Assembly: GCA_949358305.1 (NCBI GenBank)
Contig: OX442314.1
Span: forward strand, 17,546,001-17,610,000
Reading direction: 5' to 3'
Length of the DNA stretch: 64,000 nt
Source of the DNA: Strigamia acuminata
Lineage: Eukaryota
Part shown: positions 47,750 to 60,411 of the stretch, one piece after another
How the letters are laid out: every line of letters starts with the position of its first letter
How positions within the stretch are numbered: position 1 is the first letter of the stretch
Notes under the pieces: generated by a model
The model's database searches: none
What the model was told of the DNA's origin: nothing
What the model saw: the letters and a program-made list of their open reading frames with translations, nothing else
Made by a program: the position numbers and the translations under genes

Positions 47750-50416
47750 ATGTAAGTATCTTTTTCGCCTCAATTACTATTACCGTTCAGTCAAACTAGA
47801 CTTTCAAATATTTTGTGATACCACAATTAAAAATTCAATCCCTCACTCTTTTAATTCCAAATTTGGAGCAAACAGAGAAGCGAAGAAAAGGTTAAGTGTC
47901 GATAAGTGGTTGAGAAGATAAATAAATTAAGAAATACCAGTGATTGTGACTAGGATCATCTTCCGAACCAGAGAGGCATTTGTGTCGTTGCAAAATATTC
48001 TCGTAGGAAAAAAGGAGATGAAAATGAGCCGGTACAAAGTCGATTTTTAAAGTGATTCCTTAATTCCAAACACGAATTGATTTAATTTGTATTTCTCTCA
48101 CCATTTTGTAACCCAAGTAACGTGGTAAAATAAAAAATCTGTTTGTGTGTAATTTGCTCGGTGGTCTTAATTTAAGAACAAAACTTTTGGCAACAAGTTG
48201 TTTTAATACGTGATTAATGAAACAAATTATTATTCTTAATTAATAGGTCAGCAGAAGCAGGTTCAGACGCCGGGGCTGGCGAGGGAATGCCAGGTCCCCA
48301 AAGAAATCCTCAGCAAGCTTCTGCACAGAAACGGTTACAACACACACAGGCGCAAGTAAATGAGGTAAATACGATTTGAATTTTATTTGCAATATGTGCA
48401 GAGATTAATATTTGGTTATATGAAACGTGCAGGTCGTCGATATCATGAGGGTAAATGTGGAGAAAGTCTTGGAAAGAGATCAGAAATTATCAGAATTGGA
48501 TGATCGTGCAGGTAATAACGCTTTGTTTTTCTAGGTTATGTTTATTAAATAAATAAATAAATATAAATATATATATATATTAATTTCTTTTCTAGATGCT
48601 CTTCAACAAGGTGCCTCACAGTTTGAGCAACAAGCTGGAAAACTCAAAAGAAAGTTTTGGTGGAAAAACTGTAAAGTATGTATATTTTTCGTGATTTTAG
48701 CCGCAAGTTTTTAATGAAAAATGATTTTGTCCGTTTAGATGATCGCCATTATGGTCGGGATTGGGGTTGTCATTGTAATAATTATAGTTGGTGAGTATAT
48801 CTTATTTATTTCAACAAGGAACATAAAAATTCACATCATATTTGTTTATAAGCTTATATAACTAAATAATAAGCATGTGATGTGTATGTATATAAGCAAA
48901 TTATTTTTAAACTTAGTGTTTAAGATTTATCTAGTTGTACTTGTTGATTGTTTTTTTTTTAAATTAATTATTTGTTTGCGTGGTGTGTAATTTGGTATTG
49001 TCTTGATTCATTGCAAAGTGTCCTTCATGTAAGGAATGGCGGGATGTGGTTCAGGTGAGTACAAATGTTTGCTTTTTTAATGTGAGTTTGGGTTGGAATT
49101 ATCTTGATACATTTGTGGATGGAGTTTTCTTTTTTGTTTGATAATAACCAGGAAAAATAAACTCATTTGAAATACCTATGAGTCATAAACAGATGAGTAA
49201 TATAAGCTCATGATAAAGATAAGGCAATGGACAAATTTTTTACATTTCCAACCCAAATGAATTTTGGAAATCACTCAATTATTTTTTATACATTTTTTTT
49301 CTAAAATAAATAACTAAAAAAAAATTAAAAATATTAGTAGTATTTTTCCTTTAAATTAATGCATTTAGCAATGATTTGGGCGTATTTAATAAATAGAAAA
49401 ATTGTTTCCTAATCAACGGATTTATTACAATCCGTCTGTATGCATGCTGTCATTGCTTTTAAAGTTTGGATTTCCTCTTTTAAAAGTATATCTGCGATAA
49501 AAATAGAAAAAATGATTAAGTATGATTTATAACCACTTGATATGCACGTCATTTAAAATCTTAAAACAATTTTTTTTGGGGATTTTTAGTTAAAGTTTAG
49601 AGAATAATTTATTACATACAATTTTGAGAATGTTATGTGTTTTCTGTAAAGTTTTACTTGCTTGTTTACCTTTGCGAATAACTAACTTGCTTTTCTTTTT
49701 CTCTTCACTCTTAGCATGGGTTACGAGCCGCTAAAAACAATAATTCTCGCATCGCTTTTCAACGCTTTGATAATTCAAATGTTGGTTACAAATTTAACAT
49801 TGCCGATATTTGAAAACTAACCTGCATGATCCGCCCGCTATAATTATTTTTAATCTTTAAATTATTTTTTTTCCTTATGTTTTCTATTATTATTTATTTG
49901 TTTCACTCTCAATAGCTACCAGAAATTTTTTACTTTTAATATAACTGTTTATTATTATTTGCCTGTATTTATTTTATTTCTCGTTTGTATATTTCGCATT
50001 AATATAACTTGACCTCTTTTTTGTGTGCTAATTTTACTTGCCATCTGTTTTGTATCTTTGTGAAACTAACAATGAATTGTTAAATAATGTCGTTTAAGGA
50101 TTTAAATTAATGTGTATTTATTTTATTTTGTGTTGATATTTGCGTAAAATTAAGAAATAAGTGGCAACCTAGGAATTACTAGCTATATTTAGCTTAATCT
50201 CATTCTTACGTTTTGAGTGCAGTCTTTGACAAGAACATAATTGCCATTTTAGAATTTGTAATATCCTGTCGTTTGACACGCATCAAATTGAAAGAAAAAA
50301 AATTTCGATCGATACGTTTTTTTTTAAAACTCGAGATGAGCGACTTATTTATTTCATTGATTACTATTTTCATCCTTTTTATCTTAGTTTGGGCAGTCAC
50401 TGGCAATCAAGATTGA
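47750..50416 (+). CDS. Syb: Synaptobrevin/VAMP paralog 2 (canonical R-SNARE)
   Basis: Exons 47750-47751, 48247-48364, 48433-48511, 48596-48675, 48739-48790, plus candidate alternative last exons 49019-49054, 49715-49734 and 50388-50416. Encodes [53 protein letters not shown]. Confidence 0.93.
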
Positions 50417-51712
50417 AAAACCGATGTCTTTTTTTTTTCTCACCAATATTTATTCAAATTTGAAATAACAGACTTTTCATTTCTTCTGCATTAATTCAAG
50501 CATTGTTAGCATATATTCTTGACTGTCATAGCGTTTATTTTCTTTTCTTTTATGTCAAAATTATGAACAAAGACAATTTTGCTTGTGTTTGAGTCATAAA
50601 ACAAAAAAAATTTATTTACTAATTTCAAAGGTTAAAAAAATATGGTTGATCAATCTTAAATCTTTAATTTTTGACGATGTTTGCAAATCACTGTTGAATA
50701 CTGGCACGTGTTTCAGATCTCCTCATAACAAAGATGATTCATGACCTTAATTCTTCCAACATGTATTTTTGGAGGAATAATAAGAGACTCATTTTTGCGC
50801 TATTAACTTGCATTGTAAGCATTAAGGTGATGGAAATTTGTTTTTTGAGGAGAGGTTGATGTTTATAGAAATATATATTAAAATTTAAAAAAAAATAAAG
50901 TAAACGAGTGGGTTTGATTTTAATTTCTTAATTTTTCTTGATTTGTACCACTGTGTTGTAAAAATCTCACATTAAACCAATAGTTACTAATTGCTAGGAA
51001 TAAATCACTTATTAGCGAATGCCGTATTCACACTGAGCTCAGGTTTGCGATTGATTTCGTTAAAACGCTTAATTTTTTAAGCTTTTTACGTTAAATTTAA
51101 AAAAAAGCAACCGTAATTACGTGTTAGGGTAATTTAAAAAAGTTGTAAAACAGTTACAGGCACAGTCAAACAAACAAATGCAAGTAGATAAATTTATATA
51201 TAGTTCTTGGTAGTTTTTTTAAACTTTACAAAATAGTTGATTAATTTGACTGTGACTAGAACTGCTGGATGTCGTGTGGAGTTCCGTTCTTCACATTAAG
51301 TGTTAGAATATTTTCAACAAATCAGTTCTGCATTTTGGATTTTAATTTCTGCTCGTAAATGTGATTCATGTCGGTTCAGAATGCGTGGGGCTTTTGGTAG
51401 GGCACTTAAATTGATGTATCAAATTAGTCAAAATTTATCAAATTGAAACAAAAATATCAAAACAAAGAATATCGAAATCGAACTCGTTACCTTGGAATTT
51501 GTAATTTTGTAAAATTGCTTTTGTAAATGAATTTGATGTCTTGTAACTGGTTCGTAGACTAAGAACATATTATATACAAAATTAAAATTTATTAGAAAAT
51601 GGACAATGACTCAATGGCACCTCATTTCTTTTCACTCGTCATTTTAATTGCGATAAACATATTACCAAATCTACAAAGCACACTACAAATTTGCATTCTA
51701 CACACAAAAATT

Positions 51713-54350
51713 TTAGCTCGATTCTTTAGACGCGGCAGTCATTTGAATAACATTGCCAGTGCCAGGCATTACACCTATTGAAGGTTTACTCGCTTCGGAT
51801 GTTGCATCGCCGCCCAATTCGGCGATTTCGGGAAGACGTCCATCTTTCTTTGCCTCGAGCTCACTCATCCATTCTACTTTCTGTTTATTTTGTTTCACGG
51901 CGTCTGTCACACGATCCATCGCCATTTGATGAGACAGAATTCCATCTTCAGAGGCGTAAGCGGCAGCCTGAAAATAATATTCACTCAAATTTAGAATTTA
52001 TTAATCATTAAGAGGAATACTCGTAATACCTGCCACGCTACTCCTAATTTTGCAATTTCTCTTCCTGATAATCCTTTCGTAAGCCCCGCAATCTCCGTGC
52101 ATAATTTGCCGTAGTCAAATTGAGCTACTTTCAATCTTCTATTACATAAACGAAAAAAAAATGTGACGATTACAAATTTTCTGCAGTTCTCTTATTGAAT
52201 TTGCGCACCTTTTTCCCTCAGCTGCTGGTTGAAGCACGTATCTCTCAAAATATAAACGGACTAATCTTTCACGTTCCTCTAAACCCGGCAATGTAAATTC
52301 TACCATTTCATCTATACGATCATTAACCGCCCAATCAAATTCTTCTGGAGTGTTACTGGCTAGTACAAGCATAAATCTAAAATAAAATTGTAAAAAGTAC
52401 AAATAAAATACCAACGTGTTAATTTTAATTAATATTTCTTACTTATTCGATTGTTCACCAGTTTTGTATAGGAATGCATTTAACGTTGCCCGTAAATCTT
52501 CGCTCGTTAATCCCTATCGTGTATAATGTTTAATTAAACGTTACAACATCTAAAAAAATTAAAAATTTTACCAAGCTACGTTTCCGCAAAAATGCATCAG
52601 CTTCATCTATAAAAAGCAAGAGCCCTCTTCGGCTAGTCGAAGCCCAGTCAAACAATTTGTGCATAGCTGTGACCCCTTCGCGCGCCATTGGAGCAACGTC
52701 ACCACCCGTCATGATGGCATAGTCCATCCCAGAATGTAACGCCAACCTCTGCAAATATGCGGAAATATTTATAAAAACTTCCTGTTTTTATAATGCAATA
52801 TTACCTTCGCAAAAAGTGTTTTGCCCGTTCCAGGTGGGCCATACATTATAATATTACGGAACATGCCCTTATTTCGTTTGGTGTTTCCAGTTGCTATGGC
52901 AATATCTCGAAGACGTGTTTCAAGTTTTGGATCTAGCACAACCCCTGCTAAGGCATCTTGTGGTCTGTTCATTAACCGCACTGCCGTCTATAGAAGAAAT
53001 TTTATTAATTTGTATTTTATTTTAATTAATTATTAAATTCATTTGTTTATTACTGTGATCGGATGTTTTAAGATTTCGAATGGAGTTAATCTTGAAGTTT
53101 CACGAACCAAAACTGGTTTTTTAAGCCGCGCTTCTATGTACCTCGCTAACACACCTGTGCCTCTTTTCGCAGTATACACTCCAACCGCTAACATGGACAA
53201 GCCGGCAGCCTTAAATATGTAAGAGATTTAAAAACGATTTTTACCTTTTTTTTACCTATTTGTTTTACATACCGTGGCAAATACTTTATCCCAATCGCTG
53301 ATAAATTTGTTAAAGCCAGTGCCTAAAACGTCGCTCACCGTTCTGTTAAAAACAATAAAATAAAAATAAATTAAATAAATAAACTCAGAAAGAAGAATCA
53401 TTGTTTACTTGATGGATTCGAGTAATGCCGCTTTGTTTTCAATGGCTTTTTGATGAAGGCGCTCGAGATAAAGATCGTGGTTTTCACGGTCAACCTTCCC
53501 TTTTGCAAGAACTTCGGCCTCAACTCGTCTAATTTCGCCTTTGGTTCGAAGTTCCATTTCGTGTTCAATCGCAGCTAAAAGGGATTAAACAAAAATTAAA
53601 TAACTTCCTTAAATATGGAGGTAAAATAGAAATACCTTTTCGCATTGCTTCTTGCTTAGCGGTGGATTCCTCTTGCTTTCGCAGATTCTCGTCATTCATT
53701 CTTTGCTACTTACCAACAAACAAAATTTATTGCAAATAATCAAATCACAACTAACGAGTGAGTAATGTGTATTTATTTATATTTACATGTTGTAAAAGTT
53801 CATCTTCGTAACGTTTTCTGGCTAACTGATCCTGATACAAAGCCCTCTACAAATATAAAACGACAAAACGTTAATTAACAAATAAACCATCGACGACCAC
53901 AAACCTGTTGGTGCTGCTTCGTCTCTTCGGCTAACGTTTTTCTCCGCTCTTCAGCTTGTAATCGAATTTGGTCCAATTTTGTTTGCTCAACGTGGGCTTC
54001 GTATTCTTTGATCTTTTTTTGATGATCTAATTGCATCGTCATCTCTTGCATTTTGGATAAATCCAATGCATCTTTCGCGTTTCCTGTTAAAAAGACAAAA
54101 TTTTCAATTTGAATAAATATTCAAAAGTTGGTTCATTCTCTTTCGACTTACGTGAGAGTTCCAATTCTTTCGCGGCTTTAGCGGCTCTTTCCAAAGCTGA
54201 GGAATCGAAGCGGTAAGCTTCCATTTTCCCCGATTTGTCGAGTGGAACTCCGCCGCCTCCGCCGCTGCTTCCACCTGCATCTCCAGTAGGTGGGATCGGA
54301 AACTGAGGTACATTTTGATTAGGATTTTTAATTCCAAAAAGCCAGGACAT
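51713..54350 (-). CDS. ATAD3A: ATPase family AAA domain-containing protein 3 (mitochondrial; belphegor ortholog), multi-exon
   Basis: MSWLFG start, [15 protein letters not shown], coiled coils, Walker A GPPGTGKT, Walker [23 protein letters not shown]. Exons are separated by short GT-AG introns. Confidence 0.96.
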
Positions 54351-54741
54351 TATTTTGTAACGTTACTTAGGCCTAAAATAATCGTAGTCTCCTACACGTG
54401 CTCTCAAACATACAGCAAATTGTCTGACGCAATATCCGTGTAGGGTTTCTAAAAAGGTGGTGTCAACCATAAAGCGATGAGATTCTATCAACTTATTGAA
54501 ATTTTCATAAAATTTTCTTAATTACGGTGATTATTTGGAGAAAATTATTTGCGTTTTAATTATTAAGTCAATTAAAAAACAAAATCATATCATTTATTAA
54601 ACCAACATCATTGTGACCTTGATTAAACGCCGCAAAGTATTGCAGATATCTGGTTTTATTACCACCACAGCGGGACGAAAAGGAGGGACCCTGACAAGGC
54701 GATTGTACTTTGCCGACGCAATTACGTGAATTCGAAATAAT
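54351..54741. promoter_or_regulatory. Probable bidirectional promoter shared by ATAD3 and ILKAP
   Basis: The divergent start codons are only 391 bp apart. Confidence 0.6.
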
Positions 54742-56474
54742 ATGGATCTGTTTGGAGATTTGCCGGCACCGAGTATGTAAAATGTCAATGTTTTAATAGC
54801 GAACTAACTGAAATTGAAACAATTAGGTGAATATCAAGCATCGTTGAACGAAGCAAGCGCGGGAAGCGTAGATTATCGGGCTGGAACGAGCTACAAACGG
54901 AAAGCAGAAGTTGATTATGAACAAGCGGCTAAAAAATCGGCACAAGGTTTACTTAGAATAAGCAACGTAAAGACCGCTCTAATTACTTTTACTAATCAAA
55001 AACTGATGAAAAAAATTAAATTTAGCTATGGCATTTGAGCTCAAAAGTTTCGTGAAAGACCGTAAGGGGGAACGAGAGGATATGCAAGACGCTCATACGA
55101 TTTGTGAGAATCTGCACGAAGAAATTAAAGGTTTAGATCCTTCAGTGTAAGTATTATGTTTTAAAATTGATTTTAATTTTTTGTTTTTAAATTGTTTGAT
55201 TTTTTTTTCAGAACGCGAATTCATTTTTATGGAGTTTTTGATGGGCATGGTGGTGCGAGAGCTTCGAAGTTCGTTGCTGATCATTTGCATCATAATATTG
55301 CAATAAAATTTCCGAAAGGTTTAGTATTAATTAGTAACAAGAGTGGGATTTGAGTCTAATTATTTGTTTTGTTTAATAGGCGATGTCAAAGCAATTGAAA
55401 AGGAAATTAAGAAATGCTTTATTGATGCTTTTAAGAAAACCGATGATGATTTCCTTAGAGAGGCAACAAAATTGTAAAAACAAAAACATTTTATGTAATT
55501 TAAGCTGCAAAAAATTAATTCTTCATTACGAAATAGTAAACCGACGTGGAAGGATGGAACAACTGTTGTTGGAATGTTCGTTATTAACGATATCATGTAC
55601 ATTACAAATTTGGGAGACAGCAAAGTACTAGAAATGAGGAAATTTACAATTTTTTAGGAATGTATTTCCAAAAAAGTTGAGGGGGATCTGAAAATTTGAT
55701 AATTGATGACTAAAAATTGTTTTTTGGAAAATATATTTCTCAAAAATAGCAGACCGCTTATTGAAATCTTGAAATCTTATCGAATCTTGTTAATTCATGT
55801 TTAGGCTGTTTTAGCACGAATTAATGACAAAACCCAGTCCGCCGTTGCCATGCCTTTAACCAATGATCACACACCAACGCAGTACGAGGAACGGATGCGA
55901 ATTCAAAAGTCGGGTGGACAAGTGAGGTGTGTTACTAATACTTCTATTAAATTGTATTATTTCTTAATTTAAAAAAAATAAAAATTTAAAATTAGAGAGG
56001 GCCGTGTCCACGGTGTGCTCGAAGTGTCTCGCTCGATCGGTGACGGCCAGTTCAAATCCCACGGTGTTAGTTGCTTGCCGGACATCAGACGTTGCCAACT
56101 CACATTGAAAGACAAGTATTTGAGCTAGTGACGTGGCAAGTTTAATTTTACAACTGATTATTATTTTTTTCGCTGGAAATAGATTCGTTATTTTAGCTTG
56201 TGACGGTTTGTGGAAAGTGTTCACTCCGCACGAAGTTGTTTCTTTCGTGTTGGATGTTTTAATTGTAAGCCATTCGTAATCGTTTTATTTTTAAAGTCCT
56301 ATTAATAAACTAAAACGTTATTTTCAGCGCTCAAAAGTCCCTGCTACAGACACGAAAACAGAAGAAGAGGCGCGCTTTGAAGCTGCATGCACTAGATTGA
56401 CCAATGAAGCTATACGACGTGGTTCCGATGATAACATTACCGTGCTCATTGTGTCCATTAATCGTGTACTTTAA
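54742..56474 (+). CDS. ILKAP: Integrin-linked kinase-associated PP2C phosphatase, multi-exon
   Basis: N-terminus MDLFGDLPAP; RKGEREDMQDAH; FYGVFDGHGG; WKDGTT; NLGDSK; LEVSRSIGDG; LACDGLW; RRGSDDNITV. Confidence 0.92.
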
Positions 56475-57053
56475 TTTTTAAATCAATCCGTTGTACCAAA
56501 TTGTAATTATTGGTTTAAATATTGCATCGTATTTTACTTATTAAAGGTTATTTGAGTTGGATTAGCTATGCTTGAATTCATTCTACTGTTTTTCTTTCAC
56601 GAATCAACGACCAAAACTCCAAAAATAATAAATGAACAATTCTTATTTAACGATCACGAGTCACGACATTGGTGCATTTTAAAAATGGCGCTTGGCAGTT
56701 TACATGAAAAAAGAGTTCCAAACACGAACAAACAATGCGCAAAAATGAATTATTAATGCAGTATACCGGCACAATGTATCAAATAAAGCTGACAGAATTT
56801 ACTTTTCACAGAAACAACATTTTTATTTGTTCGAATATTACGAGTTTCCTTTCGGCGCAGTAAATGCGCCAGCCAATAGGAACGAAGAGGCGCTGTGTTG
56901 TGTTGCGCCGTGAATGAATCAGCGTGGGAAACACGCGGGTCTCAGTTGGTGATCACATTCCGTGAACGGCATAGTGGAGCTTGGTTTCTTCAGAGTATCT
57001 AGGTTGGCACAAATTCCACGACCTCGTATCAACTTGTTTTTACGACCTTAAGC

Positions 57054-59536
57054 ATGGCGAGTGAAGAATTGTCATCGGTTCTTAGCAGACGTCAAGCCAT
57101 TAATGAAGGACTCGAAAAGGGAGAAAATATCAAACCAAGATTAATAATTTTTAATCCATTCACCGAATTTCCCGAATTTTCGCGTAAAGAAATCAAAAGC
57201 TACGAACAAACATTCAAGAGGTAAGTGGTCTTTGAACTTTAGTCCTTAGTCCTTGGGGAGTGGGGACAGTTCCACAACTTCAAAGTTCACTTTGAACCTA
57301 TTTTTTATTTGAAAAAAAAAAACTCCATTTAAACTATAAAACTGCACTACAACAACAACAAACAACACGAGTGTAACGGTCCCTATAATCACTTTAAAAA
57401 AATCATTAAAAAAAATAATAACGGTTAACCATAAATTCAGGTTATGAGAAATTGATACTCGATGTGTCCGGGTGGGCGAATATTATACATTGAAATTGTT
57501 TATTTAATTTTCCCGAGTTTTCTACGGATGACACTAAGTTTATTTTCTAATAGGATACAGGAAGGGGGATAGGTTTTCCTGTGGTTAAAAAATGTGAATA
57601 ATTAAATTAAAGGCACGGTCTAGGTCTCTATTAAATACAAAAAGGAAGTTTGTGTGAAGATTTATTCAATTTTCGAAGGTACTGTACGTGGTATGTGTAT
57701 GTATACAATGGTGTTTGGGTGAGGCTTAGCACCTGTAGTCCCGGTGCCGCAAGACAGGTTGGTGCAGTATGAAAAGGAAAGGAAGGCAGCTGAATTTGTT
57801 TGCACCTGGCTTCCTGTTCCTCAAACGATTGTGGGTGGGGTAAGTGTAAGGCAGGAACCAGGCTTCTCTACACACCTTGAAAAGTCGTCTTTTGTGAATG
57901 AAATGATATTACTATATCCCCACCTGTAGTAAATTAAATGCCGAGTCAAAAACCTAAAATCTAAAGGGAGATTGTATACATTTTTTAGATTTAGGCCTAT
58001 GGTGTGATGAAAGTTGAGAAATATATCTAATTGTTTGTGAAAGCTGTTTCCAGCTTTTCAAGCGATTATCTTCAATTATTAATCGAGTATCAGGCAGATT
58101 AAAAAGGAAATAAGAGGGGGGAAATAGGTTAAGTGTCAAAAGCTGTTTTTATCAGATGTGATTCCATATCTGTTGGGCTGGGCTTATTTTTCACTAAACC
58201 TCCCAGGGTTTCATTCTATGGTACATATAATAAAAGAGGAAAAAAATCGGTTCATGGGAACAACTCCACCCAAAATGAATTCCTTTACCTAAGTTTTCTT
58301 ATTCATGTTACCCCTTGTGTGGGAATAAAGTTGAAATTTAATCACGGGTGTTATAAATAGTTTAGTTTTTTTTTTTTCTTGGGGAAATTTATATTTGATT
58401 AAGCTATCTCGAGACAGCCACTTAAAATTATAAATTTAAATATTTTTTTTCATAAAAATGTGAACTTGGTTAACCTCCATTTGTTAACTTAAGTGTTGGT
58501 GCGCTGAATACAAGAAACTTTGTTGTTGTTTGGTTGTTAGGACTATTTCGGTTGGAGTTGTGTGGCGATGGTTTATTTTGAGTGCAGTTGTTGTATATTT
58601 TAAGTGTTTAAAATGTAAACGATTTGTTTATTTGTTTTATTTCAGGTTTGATGAAGGCAAAGACAACTTTATTGATTTTGAGGAATTGAAAAGAATGATG
58701 GAGAAGTTGGGTGCACCGCAAACACATTTGGCCTTAAAAGAAATGATTACTGAGGTTGATGAAGATAAGGATTCTAAGATTAGTTTCAGAGAAGTAACTG
58801 ATTTTAACTTGTTTTGAAATTTCCGGTGACTAATTTTTTTTTTTTTTTTTAGTTTTTGCTGATTTACCGCAAAACTAGAAATGGGGAGCTATCAGCTGAT
58901 AGTGGGTTAGGTCAGTTGGCCAGTTTAACCGAAATCGATGTGGACAAGGCTGGGGTTGAAGGTGCGAAACACTTTTTTGAGGCCAAGGTAACTAAAATAA
59001 TATTTTAAAGGAAAAAATTTTTTTTTTTTAAATTTTAATTTTTTTTAAAAATTTAATTAAAAATTTAATTATTATGAAAAATTTTTTAAAAAAATGTTCC
59101 GGGTTGCGGTTGTGTGTGAAAATACAGAGGGAAATTAAAACATGGATACGTATGTGAATACTTTGTACCACAGGATGCTGACACAATGACATTTTCCTGT
59201 CTCCTAATAGAAGAATGAAACCTGATATTCGAACCGAAACCAAACACAATAAAATAGAGAAAAACCTGTGTTGTATTATATAAATGTCATAGGGAAATCA
59301 AATTATACACTTTGAATCGGAAACACTGATTAGAATGCAACTAATTTTAATGGTGCGTAATGTGTTTATCACTTGTTTAATTTTAATAGATTGATCAAAT
59401 CGGACGGAGCAAGAAGTTTGAAGAGGAAATCCGTGCGGAACAAGAACAACGAAAACAAGACCTGGAAACGCGGAAAGAACGAAAAAAGGCTTTCCAAGAA
59501 AAGGCATCGCTCTTTGAAAACGTCACCGCGTCTTAA
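57054..59536 (+). CDS. EFHD2: EF-hand domain protein D (swiprosin-1)
   Basis: Exons 57054-57220, 58646-58793, 58853-58987, 59390-59536. Motifs FNPFTEFPEFSRKEIK, ELKRMMEKLGAPQTHL, EVDEDKDSKISFREFLLI, GAKHFFEAK, FEEEIRAEQE. Confidence 0.94.
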
Positions 59537-60411
59537 AATAATTCGAAATTTACATTTTTGATTTATTTTGGGGGAATTTTTTTAAATATTTTTTTTCCTT
59601 CTCTTTTTTTTTTTTAACTATACTTTTTTACGCTTTGTTTTTTCGAATGCTAAATGCTAAATTACTCGTGTTTTAATTTTTTTATGTACTTTTTTCTACT
59701 TAAAATTGTGAAGGTTATGTCTGTGCCATAAATTAAGATCTGGATTTAATTATATTTTGATCTTTAATCTAGTATAGAATCTATTAACAGTGTTTTTCTT
59801 TAACGTTTTTTGACTGGGATGAGCTGTCTAGTCAGCAAGTAATTTCACCACTGTCAATATTTCTTCCCACTATGAATGTGCACCGTTTTGGGGATTTGTT
59901 TTGTATATACACCAATTGGGAATCAAGAACTATTGTGACAAATGTATTTTTACAATAAACTGTATATAAGTGTCATCACTTTTTCACACGTAGAGTATTT
60001 AATTATTCTTATAAAAATTACATTTTTCCGACTGCTGTTGAGATACAAATAGGAAACTGCTTTTAAAAATTGATTATTCACTTCTATTTACAACATATTT
60101 ACATCTATATACAAGCGCAGTATATCACTCACTACTTGTTGGTTCTTGTTGGCATAAAAATAGTGAAATTTCCTTAACATTTTGTTGTTTTTTTTTTATA
60201 TATTTTCAGTTGAATTTTCACCTTGACACCCCTCTGACTAGAGACTATACATAGACAAAGATTATAGGTGATTGAAAGTTGAAACCAGTCAAATAAAATT
60301 CACATCTTGTGAATTTATCCTGCATAATATTGTTCAAGTTTCTTTCGCAGTGTTGGAAACACCTCGATTGGAAAAGTAGAAATTCATACAAATTCTTGCG
60401 ACCAGTTTCTT

